DNA of 64,000 bases. Source: Azolla caroliniana (lineage: Eukaryota; Plantae; Polypodiophyta). The translations under genes were made by a program, and so were the position numbers. Positions 1-13,000 of the stretch are shown in pieces. Position 1 is the first letter of the stretch; every line of letters starts with the position of its first letter. Location: positions 14,942,001 to 15,006,000 of the forward strand of contig JBHGNT010000020.1 of the NCBI GenBank assembly GCA_043228905.1. Reading direction: 5' to 3'. Below the pieces are notes generated by a model. It was not told the origin of the DNA and made no database searches. It saw only the letters and a list, made by a program, of their open reading frames with translations.

Positions 1-445
1 ACAATCACAGATCAATACACATTGAATCATGTACATTTGCATATGCATATATGCATACACATATGTACATTCGTACATGGACATACATATAGTCTTTTAT
101 ACATAGCTACATGTACATACACATACGTACATACATACATATATTAGATATATACACACATACTTGTATATATATATATATATATACACCTACATATAGT
201 CTTCTATACATACATATACATTGCATATGGATATATGCATACACATATGTACATTGCTACATATCCATACACATTGAATAATGTACATTTGCATATGCAT
301 ATATGCATACACATACGTACATATTACAAACAAATATCCACACATACACACATACAAATATACATACATTACATATTACACATGTACAATCATATATTCA
401 TTCATTCATGTTTATTCATGCAAGCATACATATTTTATGCATACG

Positions 446-479
<34 letters not shown>

Positions 480-832
480 TTATGTATATGTATATATATA
501 TTCATTCATTCATACATGCATACATTATGTGCACATACATACATATCATACATTCACAATAAACATAACATTCAAACATTAATGTTTTTCTGATTTTTGC
601 CGCCTCCTCCTTTGCTCCCTCCTCTTCTCTGCTCATTTCCACTACCAACTCTTCTCCCCTTCTTTTTGTCCTCGTTTTGCTGCCGCCTCTGTTCTCGTTT
701 TGCCGCCGCCGCCACTCGCCTTATCGTGCCGCTTTTGCTCACCATTATTCTCTGTTGGGGCTGCCACAACTACTCTACAAATATTTTACAGGTACACATA
801 AGTACAAACATAAACCAACACATAAATTCTTA

Positions 833-865
<33 letters not shown>

Positions 866-1258
866 CATACAATCATACACACGGGCCATACATACAATAC
901 ATACAATAAACGAAATTAATACATTACAATACAATATGTACATGCATACACACATACCTATATACACATACATACACTTACATACATACACATTTACACA
1001 TATAGCACATACATACAATACAATATGTACACACATACATACACATGGAATACAAACAATAAATATATAAACACACACACACATGTGTAGAATATACATA
1101 CACATATGGACACACATATATATTGTATGGAACATACATACACATACCTATATACACATATATACACTTACATACATACACATTTACACATATAACACAT
1201 ACATACAATACAATATGTGCACACATACATACATACATACACATGGAATACCATACAT

Positions 1259-1295
<37 letters not shown>

Positions 1296-2045
1296 TGTAG
1301 AATATACATTCACATATAGACACATATATATGTTGTATGGAACATAACACACAACACACACATGAAATACATACAATAAATGCAATTAAATAAAATGCAA
1401 TACAATATGTACATAATACACACATACCTATACACACATGCAATACAATCCATACAATACCTATATACACATATAATGCATACACACATACACACATTAC
1501 ATGATATGTACATACACACACAAAAAAAAAATGCAATTAAATAAAATACAATACAATATGTACATACATACACACATACCTATATACACATATAACACAT
1601 ACATACATACACATATACACACATAACACAATATGTACATACACACATAACACACATATACACATGCATACATACGCACACACAAACATAACACATAACA
1701 CACAACACACATGCATACCACATACAAACATATATGATGTATGGAACATACATACACACACAAAAACATAACACACAACACACATGCATACCTCATACAA
1801 ACATATATGATGTATGGAACATACATATACACACAACACAAATGCATACCACATACAAACATATATTATGTATGGAACATACATATACAATGTACACACA
1901 CAAACATAACACACAACACAAATGCATACCACATACAAACATATATGAAGTATGTAACATACATATACACACACAAACATAACACACAACATAGATGTAT
2001 CCACATACAAACATATATGATGCATGGATCATACATACACACATG
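1..2045. repeat. CA/TACA-rich low-complexity tract with degenerate ~55-70-bp tandem units (clearest at ~1680-2040)
   Basis: Runs of (TACA)n, (CA)n and (TA)n. The unit 'acacaaacataacacacaacacacatgcataccacatacaaacatatatgatgtatggaacatacat' recurs several times. The overlapping H/T/Y- and C/V/M-rich ORFs here are artefacts. Confidence 0.85.
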
Positions 2046-2624
2046 TGTCTTGGATGTTCTTATTGTTATCCCTCTCATCCTTTAGAGGATCCTCATTCGA
2101 AAGAGTGGATTCGGTCTTGATCTTCTCATCTTATTCTACTATGTTGTCTTTGTTTTGCTTCTTGTTACCGTGGTTTTTGGAATTGTTTATTGCATTCTCG
2201 GAAACATTCTTTGCATTCCTCTTGTGGCCGATGCTTCTAAAGCTTAAATAGAGTGTCCAATAGAAAAAGAAACTAGGTTTTGGAAAGAAAGGGGAGATGT
2301 ATTAATGTCTCTGAGAGAGAGAGAATGAGAGAGTGAAAGCAAGAAAAGTGTATTATATCTCTTAGAGAGAGAGTGACAATATTTAATGTTACCTTCCTTT
2401 TATGTAGCTTGTCACTATGTATTATATTAGTTTTTAACCATTTTTGTATGTGTGCATGTGTGCATGAGTATTTACATATGCATGGTTGTATTTGTATACA
2501 TGTATGAATGCATGCACACATGCATTTGCAAAATTTCCTCTCATGTTTTTTTCCATGTTAATCTATGTAGTTGGTATTACCATTTCACAGGAAAGAAGAG
2601 CTCTTTTCTTCTTGAGAAGCCTTG

Positions 2625-2759
2625 TGGGGAGCTCATGGTGGTGGTGCATTCTTTGGGAAGGACCCTACCAAGGTCGATTGGAGTGGAGCTTACATTGTGA
2701 AGCAAGCTGTGGAGAGTATTGTCGCAATACGACTTGCCCGTCGTTGCATTGTCTAGGTA
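2625..2759 (+). pseudogene. SAMS: Isolated fragment of S-adenosylmethionine synthetase (MAT/SAMS)
   Basis: Translates as [44 protein letters not shown]. This matches the conserved plant SAMS segment [45 protein letters not shown]. It has one in-frame stop and the rest of the gene is not seen. Confidence 0.9.
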
Positions 2760-4454
2760 TGTATTTGTCTTGTAACCATGGTGGATTTTGTGCCTTGTTC
2801 TTCATTGATTATGGCATATATTCACTTTTTTCATGCAAATAAAGTCATAAGAAAAGAATGAACACTATTCTTCTTAGGGGATTACTAGAAATCATGTTTG
2901 GTTGTGCATATTGATCAAGGAATGTATAATAGTACTATAGCTTTATGTATTCATCGTGTTTCTTTTTTATTCTTGAAATTAAATGGAAATGATGAGAGAG
3001 AAATATATTTTCTTTAGGAAACCAATGATTTCCAACTTGGGATGATGGCTATCCACCTCAACCTATGCAGAGGTGGAAACAAACATTCCTATGAATTGCA
3101 TAAACTTTTGATTTGGACTAAATTTGTATGTCCTAGTTTGCTCCTCTTATACATGTGTTATATTCATCATGTAAGTCAGGGTAATTAGATTAAATATTTA
3201 TCAATGCTTTGGGTACATAGTTCATGTTTCACTTTCAATTATACATTGAATGATATTGCTCCTCAACTGTATACAATGCACATGTTGCTTTCCAAAATAT
3301 GTTTACTTTTAAACTCTTGTATGCTCATTATAGTTATTAAATATAGAGCAATTTAAAGCCCATAATAGGTAGATTGTTTCTTAGACTAACAAATATGTAA
3401 CATTTGGAAGATCACATTTGTAAAGTAGTTGGAAAATGAAGAACACGTCATTAGTATTTTAAATATGGAGAGGATACCTAGTGAGGTGGTCTACTGATTA
3501 CAAATATTAAACATATTTAAGCTTCTAAGTGGCTATTGTAAGGGGGGAGATAGTCTAGTTGATTGATAAATGAATAATTGTATGCGTTGCAATATAGAAC
3601 TATTTCCATTACTTTTATCTAGTTTAATGAATAATTGTTTGTTTGAAGCATCATTTGAACCTTAGGTGTAATGGTGGTTTGATTTGGAACATGTTTCATT
3701 ATTATTGCAAGTTGGTTTTGCATGTGTTTGTTTGTTGCAAACTATGTAATTTGAGGAAAAGGTCTACTAGAAAGGAATATTGTATTGCCAATAGTGTAAT
3801 TGATATGTATCATGTAAGTCAAATGTGGCTAGACCCATGTAACACATATATTGCTTGATAAGCTTCGCATATTGAATAATCATATATTAATTTCTTCCTC
3901 ATTAAAATATGTTGTGATGTGAGAAGTTATTGAGCATTTTAAGGGACTTCTTGCAATGGAGTATTCATGATGATTGTTGATGAAATTCCATAAAACTTAA
4001 ATATATAATAGCTATCAAACCAAATAACGAACTCTTGAGTCTTTATTAGTAAAACAATCCTTACCACTTTAGTAAACCCTAAACCTTAGGTTCAATGCAA
4101 AAATTGGTTCATGTTTGTAGCATCCCATGTTGTTTGTCTCTATCCCTTCTTAAAATATTAAAAGTTTGAACTTATTAAATCTAAGGAACGACACTAATCA
4201 CTAAGCCATCCACTTTTAGCATTCGTTCAATTTATCACTTCCTAACTTGCTTGCCTTTGAGATAGTCGGGTACTAAATTTGAGTCGAGTGTCTAGTTAGG
4301 TGATTTCCTTTGACTTGGGTGACAAAAAATAAGATTTTTTGACGGCACTTTTTTATCCAAATCCCCCACGCCCTCAGTTGGGCAACTTGTATTGTCCATG
4401 GCACGACTCTCTTGTTAGGCTTCTTTATGATTTAGGTGCAAATAAATACAAGCC

Positions 4455-4700
4455 ACTACACACACACACACACACAACACATAGACACATGCCATACATG
4501 TAGGATATACAACACATACAACATAACACATACATAAATAAACATGGAATACAATACAATACATACATACGTATGAACACACACACATAATACATACATT
4601 CATGCACACAACCCATGCATAAAATATATACAACATATACAAGACAATACATACATACATACATACATACATATACACATGTATAAAACATACATGTGTC
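4455..4700. repeat. CA/TACA-rich low-complexity tract similar to 1-2045
   Basis: (CA)n and (TACA)n runs, and the same 'catggaatacaatacaatacatacatac' motifs as in the first tract. Confidence 0.75.
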
Positions 4701-5436
4701 TTCTATGTAAGGGCATTTAAAATGAGTTGTTAGAATATATATTGACACGAAGGGGTATTTTTATTAATCGTTTTTTTATAGAAGGGTATCTAAAATAGTA
4801 AAAAAAATATGTATAAGGGGTTTATAAAAGATGTCATGAACGCACGTGATACGACCTCTTTATATATAGTGGAGCCCCCGGGTGTTGATGACGACACTAA
4901 GAGGTGCTAAACATGATGATGTCAAAGATAAAGCAATGAAGATAATGATGTTGTAAATGCGTCTTTAGAAGCAACCACTACAGAGAAATAGATGAACAGG
5001 ATAAGAAACATAGATATCGAGATGTTGAGGATAAAAAGAAACATGAAGACAGGGATAAGAGGATGATAGAAATCATAGTGATAGGGATGAAGATGATAAG
5101 AAACACATACATAGGGATGATGACAATAAGAAACACATAGAGATGAAAATGGTAGGAAACAAAGGGAGAAGGATGACAATGACAAAAGCGCAAAGATAGG
5201 GATGATGATGATAAGAAATACGGATGTATATCTGTGGAGGATGAGAAGAAACTAAAAAACAGAGATGATAATGAGGAGAAACTACAAGACAATGACAATG
5301 ATGAGATGGAACTGGACATAGAAATGGCGAGGAAGATACAAAACGAAGAGATGTTGATGACAGTATGGTGATGGAAACTCTAGAAGCAAGGAAGATGAAG
5401 AAGACCGGTGATACTTCTAGTTGAAGAAATGGAAAC

Positions 5437-5853
5437 TGTCACAGACACACCAACCCTAGACTATGTCAGAGCATGTATGATGAGGCTACAACGGAGCGAT
5501 GAGGCGAGGAACTTAAGATGGGAAATGACACAAGAGCATAAAGATAGAGATGCAGATTAAGGAAATCAGATGGGCAAAACGAGAATACTAGATTGATATG
5601 TCCATGACTTGCGTTGAATCCCTTAAATGGAACCATGGAGGTTAGAAGTATTTGTATTGTTTGTCGAAGTACATACATTAGAATATTCAAGAGAATATTC
5701 TAGATTTCTCCAAAACCTTCTTGTTCTAGAACTTTCTAAAAACTCCTAGAACATGAAATAAATAAACTACTAATAATCCACTGTGATATTTAACATAACT
5801 ATGTATTTGGATGTATTGGTTAGAACATAACATTTGACTATAATATAAGTGGT
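5437..5853 (+). repeat. LTR-like sequence, left arm of a long inverted repeat
   Basis: Starts TGTCAC after a purine-rich tract. It is the reverse complement of 5970-6388; ORFs 5466..5690(-) and 6187..6384(+) translate almost identically. Confidence 0.8.
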
Positions 5854-5969
5854 TAGAACTTGAGTTTTCTCTTTCAGCTCACCGCTATACCACGCTTCCG
5901 AAAAGGCGGCCATAAAGGGAAGGATAATGTCATGGACCTGACATAGTCATGTCAAGATTTGAAGTCTTG

Positions 5970-6388
5970 ACCACTTATATTATAGTCAAGTGTTATGTTA
6001 TAACAAATACATCCAAATACATAGTTATGTTAAATATCTCAGCGGATTATTACTAGTTTATTTACTTCAAGTTCTAGGATATTCTAGAAAGTTCTAGAAT
6101 AAGAAGGTTCTAGAGAAATCTAGAATATTCTCGTGAATATTGTAATGCATGTACTTCGACTCACAATATAAATACTTATAACGTCTGTGATCCCATTCAA
6201 GGGATTCAACACCAGTCATGGTCATATCAATCTAGTATTCCGGTTTCGACTATGTGCTCTCCTTAATCTTTATCGTTTTCTTTATGCTCTTGTGTCATTC
6301 CCCATCTTAAGTTCCTCGCCTCATCGTTCTGTCGTAGCCTTGTCATCCATGTTCCTTCGTAGTTTGTGGTTGGTGTGTCCCTGAGACA
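5970..6388 (-). repeat. LTR-like sequence, right arm of the inverted repeat
   Basis: 'accacttatattatagtcaag...ggttggtgtgtccctgagaca' mirrors 5437-5853. Confidence 0.8.
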
Positions 6389-6393
6389 AACAT

Positions 6394-6449
6394 GGATTAA
6401 TACTATAGATGATGATTAATACTAAGAGGAAAGGAGTGTAGAACTCTAA

Positions 6450-6480
<31 letters not shown>

Positions 6481-8190
6481 GACAGAGATAGAGACAGAAA
6501 GAGAATAATGATAACAAATGATATATTATATGAAGAGAATATACAGAAATAGCTTGGAGGCTTAGGACTCGCGTTAAACCGAATTGGTTCAAAATAATGT
6601 GGTGTGCCTTTATTTATAGCGTTGACAGGAAATGACTACTATAGCGGCTGCGAAAGGGAGTTTTGTTAGGGATATCTGATGAACTTGGGCAAAATTCTTA
6701 TCCATGAAGCAATAATTAGCTCCGGAGTCTAGGACTACTAAGACATGTACTAGAGGGATACTTTTAGTATTAATTGTTACTTCAGCTAGGAAGACATTGC
6801 TAACTTGTTCTGGGGTTGTTCAACCAAACGACTTCTATTTTGGTTGGACTTAATCATTCAACTCTTCTTCTAGTTGACTAAGGATTTCAAATTTGTTTGA
6901 AAGGCTTGGGCTATTAGGATTACCCAACATGCCTAGAGAAATAGACTCAAAATTAATACTATTAGTACTAGAGGTTATTTGAAGTACGTGTCTTCTGGCC
7001 GATGGGGACAATTCACTATAATATGCCCCGTTCCCCCACAATAAAGACATGATCGATTTGCCCAACGTCGCTAATTTTCCTCTTATGATAATGGTCCGCG
7101 TTGACGTGTGGTGTCGATTTCCATCGGAGTTAGAGTATTTGCTGGAGACACATTATATGACTCCCTTGCAAACGGTTTTGCTACGAATGAGGCATATGTG
7201 GGCTCTGACATTGTTCTTGGCATTTGTAACTGATGTTTCGAACGCAATTCGAAAAGTTTGTTATCGCAACGTAGCGCTCGATTAATTCCCTCTATGAGCG
7301 ACATTGGTTCTTCGGGGAAAGTGAGGAGTAAATCCTTGACATCATTATGTAGGCCATATTGAGATTTCTCCATTAATGCTTGGTCATCCTAGGGAATATT
7401 GGTGGCGAGAAGATGGAAATCCACAACATAAACTAAGGCCAGTCGATCACCTTGACATAATCTTCAGATTTTGCTAATTGTCATCCTAACGCTATCAGTA
7501 TCTTTAAAATAGACTTTAAACTCACTAATAAACTCTTCAAACTTATTTAACAAGGGAAAACCTTTTTCTAACAGAGGGGTGAACCATGCAAAAGCCATGC
7601 CATTAAATAACATGCCTACTAGTCCCACTCATGATCCATCGGTGGATATCAAGAAGGATGCATTTGAATCACTAAACGTATCTGATTAAGAAATCCTGTA
7701 AATTGTGATCGGGTCCCATCAAACTTTATAGAAATATTGATCTTGGGTTCTTTGGGAGTCTCTTGAGTACTTGATGCTTGTTGTTGTAATGACACAATAG
7801 TTGCTTCAAGTTGTTGGACACCTAACATCAACTCCCCGTGTTGTTGTTTTTCTAGAGCTATTTGTTGAAGATCACCCAATATACGTTTATTTCCTTGTTC
7901 TCGTGCTACAAACTTTTCCTTTAAGCACTAGAGCTTCGAGAAAAAGAATTGGTATTCTTGAGTGCTAACAATTGTCATTTAGTAAGAGGTTAAGAAGATT
8001 TCGTATGAAGGAGGAATAAGAGGATGAGAAATTCGGTTCAAATTGTCAGGATTAGTACTAACTATAGATGACAATTAGTACTAAGAGAAAAGAGGTGTGT
8101 AAAACTCTCGAGAGAAGGAGAGAGAGAGAGAGAATGATTATGACAAATGATATATTATGTGAAGAAAATATACAAGAACAACTTGGATGC
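6394..8190 (-). mobile_element. Degenerate, internally deleted Ty3/Gypsy element (gag, zinc knuckle, protease) between LTR remnants
   Basis: Minus-strand gag (PKEPKINISIKFDGTRSQFTGFLNQIRLVIQMHP), a knuckle remnant CGGTGHIIVNC near 7000-7040 and the protease motif VVLDSGANYCFMD near 6700-6740. A direct repeat (6394-6570 matching 8049-8190) contains (GA)n. Confidence 0.8.
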
Positions 8191-8858
8191 GGGATAACCA
8201 CCTGAGATACCCTCCTAATCTTAGATAGGTCGTTCGATGGGTTCGTGGTTCATTACCGTGCTTACACACTAGGCTACCCCTCTTTGAAAGCTTCACGAGA
8301 GCTACTAGTCTTTAGATCTTCGCCTGGAGGAGTTTACTGCACAAAACCCTTGAGGGGACGCTAGCTCTTGCAGGGAGCGAAAGCCTAACGAATGTTGGAT
8401 GCAAGGCTTTGCACCTCATTAAGATCGTATTAGCATATTCTCTAGAAAGAGCTGGAGCAAATCGCATTAAAGGATATTTTGCATTATAGTCCACGACCGA
8501 TTCAACTTCTACTTCTAGTAGATTAGACGAAGCTCGATTATTTTCTACTGAGCGAAAGATAGAAAAGTGAATCAATACGTAATGTGTGAGTTTGAAATTT
8601 GGAGTCACTCATATAGTACCTAATGAATCAAAGAAGAACAAGAAAGCAACTATAAATGTGTTGTCTTTTGTGGAGACTAAAGTCGGGTCCGTGTATAGTC
8701 TCATGAGAGACCTGAACATAACTGAAAAACGACAATGACATGATTAAGGACACTCATGCATATAAGTTAAGAGGAAGAGGAAACCAAAGTAACTTGTATG
8801 AGCAACATAATGTAAAGTTGTAGCCTTATTGGTACATATACATATATATAAATATACA

Positions 8859-8894
<36 letters not shown>

Positions 8895-10055
8895 CACACA
8901 TACACATATGCATTGAAGCTTGGCTTTGTGTGTAATAGAGGGGCCCTTCCCTTGTCAAACCATTCTTGATATTTTATTTTTTTGATTACTTTCCATTGTT
9001 TTTATTTTTCTCCTTTTACGAGCTTTAACGAAACGAACCATTCCATAATTCATAGCGAGCTTCCTTCAAACTGTTTTGTAGGAAGGTTTTGTTACGAAAG
9101 CATCCCCGCATTCAAGTGTCTTTATGCTAAATGGTAATAATTCAAGTTCCTATGTAAGCATCAAAGTGTGGATGCATGCCACTTGAATCTCACACATAGC
9201 TTCCAAAAGCATGCAATTATTGGGTGCATTTATTAGAATCCTATTCATTTATTGATGATCATGGATGAGGTCCAGGGGCACAAGACAACAAAAATATCAA
9301 ATGGTTTTGACGAATTCTTTAACTCGGATGGTGGTGAAAATAGTGTGCATAATGGTATCGTGGGTGGATGGATCTTATGGACGGTTCAGTACAGAGACGA
9401 CCACAAGTGGGCGGCATTTACCATATATCAGTTGTTGGCCACTGAGACTATGCATTGACATTGTCAAAAAGGACCCACCCATGGATGGGGGAGAATGGCC
9501 ATGTCCCATCCTTGTCCATCAAGCTTTTCTGTTTCTCTTTTTATTTTGACTCACCAACTTGTTTTTGTCTTTGAGAGGATTAAGTCCCAACCCTCTCTTA
9601 ATTGATCTATTTATTACTTTTGCACATGGTCTGATGTTGATGGATTCATTAATGAAATTGATTGCCCCACACTTTAGCAAATTGTCAACTGCGCAGACCT
9701 TTCTCCGATACCGCTCTTGACTTGACCCACTTGTGTGCCGGTCTCCATCTCTCACTCTCTTTCTTTTGGACGCTTCATCTTACTTTTCTTTACAGTTTTG
9801 CAGTCATGCTTATGATTAAATATCTGTGGCTCACGAAGACGACCATGACCCAAGAGGAGGGGAGACAAGTCTTCATTATGCTCTGCTGGCAAAAACACCT
9901 TCTTTGTCCCCACCATCACTAATCTTAGAGGAGTAGAAGAAGAGCTGCCAGTCCACTCTTATAAAATGCCTGTTTTCTTGAGATTAGTATAGATCAAGTA
10001 AGTGCCTGCCCATCACCAATCAGAGTATAGAAGAAGCCTCCATTGTCTGTAGATC

Positions 10056-13000
10056 ATGAATATCCTCCCCTTTCTGTGCTTGATTCTGGGCATCACTACT
10101 CTCCTTGCCACCCATGACCTCCACTTCACCCTGGCTCAACAATCAGGTGGGTATTCTACTCTAGAAAAACAATAAAGAATCCACTGATTTGTATGTAGGA
10201 TCTGATCTGATCCGCTTAATACCATATGCTGAGTCCATTGTTTGATTTGTGCTAGGGTTCTTGAGCATCGATTGCGGGACATCCACGGCATCGAACTACA
10301 CCAACCCTTCCAATACGATCCAATGGGCGCCGGACGCCGTGATTTGGCCGGAAATCGGAAGTTGGTCGGCCACCGCCAACGTGAGCCTGCCCACGTCGCT
10401 GACCGACCAGACACAGTATGGAACTCTGCGTTACTTCCCCACCAACAGGGCCTTGAACCAGAGCAAGTTCTGCTATAGCCTTCCGGCCAGTGCTGGCAGC
10501 TACTACTTGATTCGTGCCACCTTCTGGATGGGTTCCAAGGAGTTATACAACACCCTCGTAAGCGGGCAAATCAGGTTCCACGTGATCGTGGACAGTTATG
10601 AAGGCGTGGAGGTGGTCATTAACTTCCCTCAGAGCAATCCATGGTTCGAGGAGATGTACATCCCCACACAGAGTGGAAAGACGTCAGTGTCCGTGTGCCT
10701 CTCGGGAGCATCCGACAGCAGCGATGTGCCGTTCATAAACTCTCTGGAGTTGCGGCCTCTCCCATTGACGATGCATTCGGTGGAAACAATCAAGAGCACC
10801 AACTGCGCTCTGCGCACCGTGTGGCGAGAAGACACCGGGACGTCATCGGCAGATCCACCCATCCTAAGGTCAGTAGAATCACTTTAAAAGAATCATCCAC
10901 TATCAGTCAGTCACTGCGAAGATTAATGAATTCCCACTCTATTATTACGAATCTCACGTGCAACAGGTATCCGAGCGACACCATCGATCGGTTCTGGTGG
11001 AGATTCGAGAACGCAGCAGACAATGCAAAGGGGACTAATGAAACTGTTAACGTGGACAACAACTTGATTGATCTTGTTCCAGAAGCCGTGATGCAAACCA
11101 ATTACGAAGGAGACAATAAGGGATATACCTTCAACATAAGTTCTCGCCCAATATCGACCGCCGCTGCACTTAGCGGCACACACCGCTATTACGTGGGCCT
11201 GTGGTTGGTCGAGTTTGAGAATCTCCTACAAGATAACCTACGAGTGTTCAATATCACCATCAATGACAAACTCTTCGCCACTGGAATTGATCTTCATAAA
11301 GTGGCGAGCCCCGCCTACACAGCGGCTGAGGTCTACAGTCAAACAGATGAATCCTTAGGACCCTATGACGACAGCGTCATAATAAAAGCTATACCCCCAC
11401 TAGTCTCGATTGATCACCCTACTCTTGCCGCAGGGGAAGTCCTGCAGCTCTTCGACAACGCCATTAATGCAACCACTCCCACCTTCTCCCCAGATGGTAG
11501 ATAGATATATAAATTCTATATTTTTTTAGTTCATGCCACTCAAACATAGCTTCTCATCACTCTCCACACTTTCGTTTTGTTCCCATTTGCAATTCAACAG
11601 CTCTGGCCATACAAGATCTACTCACGAGTACGTTTCCCAGCTTAAGAAGCTTCGTCGGGGACCCATGCTTACCACAAGCATACAAGTATCCATGGATCGA
11701 TTGCGCTTATTCCAGCAAGCTTCAACCAACCAGAGTAACTTCATTGTATGTACTATCTCATTTACCATTCTTTTGTTTTTTTGTTTCTGTCTGCATTAAT
11801 AAAAGATAAGGTTATTAACTTGATAATATTCACGCAGATCTTTATCTAACTATAGCCTGGTGGGGAATGTTCCGAGCAGCATCAATAACGTGGATCAACT
11901 TATCAAACTGTAAGAAGATCTGGACTGCCCTAGAATAGTGAAATGAGAGAGACCAGGTCCTCCAAATAGGGAGGGGATTAATTGCTAGCTACAGTGCACA
12001 GATGGGGATAATGTCTACCTACCCAATTTAATGTAGTTAGGTGGCTAGTTGTAATCAATTCTTCTGTATATTCAAAAACTGGCCAAAAGCGATGGGATGA
12101 GTTGTCCAAAGATAAACATAGGCATGATAAAGTGAATGAGGATTAGCTTTTACTTTTCAATTGAGAAAATATACAGAAATTGAGAAAGACATAACAAACT
12201 TTTGTAGTGAATTAAGCCAATTTCTATATATTATCTCAATTGTAGTGAATGAGAAATTTATGAGAAAGACATAACAAACTTTTGCAGTGAATTAAGCCAA
12301 CCCTGCCCCATTGCTAACTCCATACAGTAACAACTACTATTCGTCATCATTGAAATCCTGAATAGAGCTTATAACACATTATGAATGTTAACACTTTGCT
12401 TTGTAAACGATCATGAGCTTATAAGCACATGGATCGATTTCAGTACAACTTTTAGCCCAATCATTCCAAGGATACAGGTACAGGAGTGATATCCTGAGAT
12501 TCCTTTCCATATTTGGCACAGTAGCTATATAAATACGTGATTTTGCAGTTGAGATAAGTTTTCCCTATTTGATTCGCTTGAAATCAACGTGATTTAATGT
12601 ATTGTAGGGATTTAAGCAATAACAGTTTGAGCGGTACAATCCTGGATTCACTCTCGAATTTGCAGCAATTAACATACCTGTGAGTATCTCAGGGATCTAA
12701 TAGTGCGAATATTTTGAAAAATGGTTCCATATTTTAAAATCATTTCCCAGTAATCTAGCAGGCAACATGCTTTTTTTCGGATGGATACCAGCATAAATAG
12801 AAGATATAAGAATTTATATAACTACATCTATGAGTACAAATTCTGAGTCATCATCCTGCATGCCCATTTCACAACTGTAGGGATTTAAGCAATAACAATT
12901 TGAGCGGACCAATCCCTGATTCAGTCTCGAATTGGACGAAACTAGCATACCTGTAAGTATCTCAACATCAATCTCGTTGGACTAGAACGCATGTCATACC

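Noticed and set aside
1680-2040. Regularly spaced repeats resembling a CRISPR array
   Set aside because: The units are degenerate tandem copies with no unique spacers, the context is eukaryotic, and there are no cas genes.
235-2085. Many overlapping ORFs rich in H/T/Y/I or C/V/M
   Set aside because: They are translations of (CA)/(TACA) low-complexity DNA on both strands and show no protein features.
4922-5430. Ser/Leu/Phe-rich ORFs on the minus strand
   Set aside because: They are the reverse of a purine-rich GAT/GAA tract, probably the retroelement region next to the LTR at 5437.
8312-8608. 98-aa minus-strand ORF
   Set aside because: It has no recognisable motif and lies among TE debris, so it cannot be assigned.
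12181-12300. 40-bp direct repeat in an RLK-A intron, and a similar short repeat at 17390-17545
   Set aside because: Small local duplications with no termini or coding signal.
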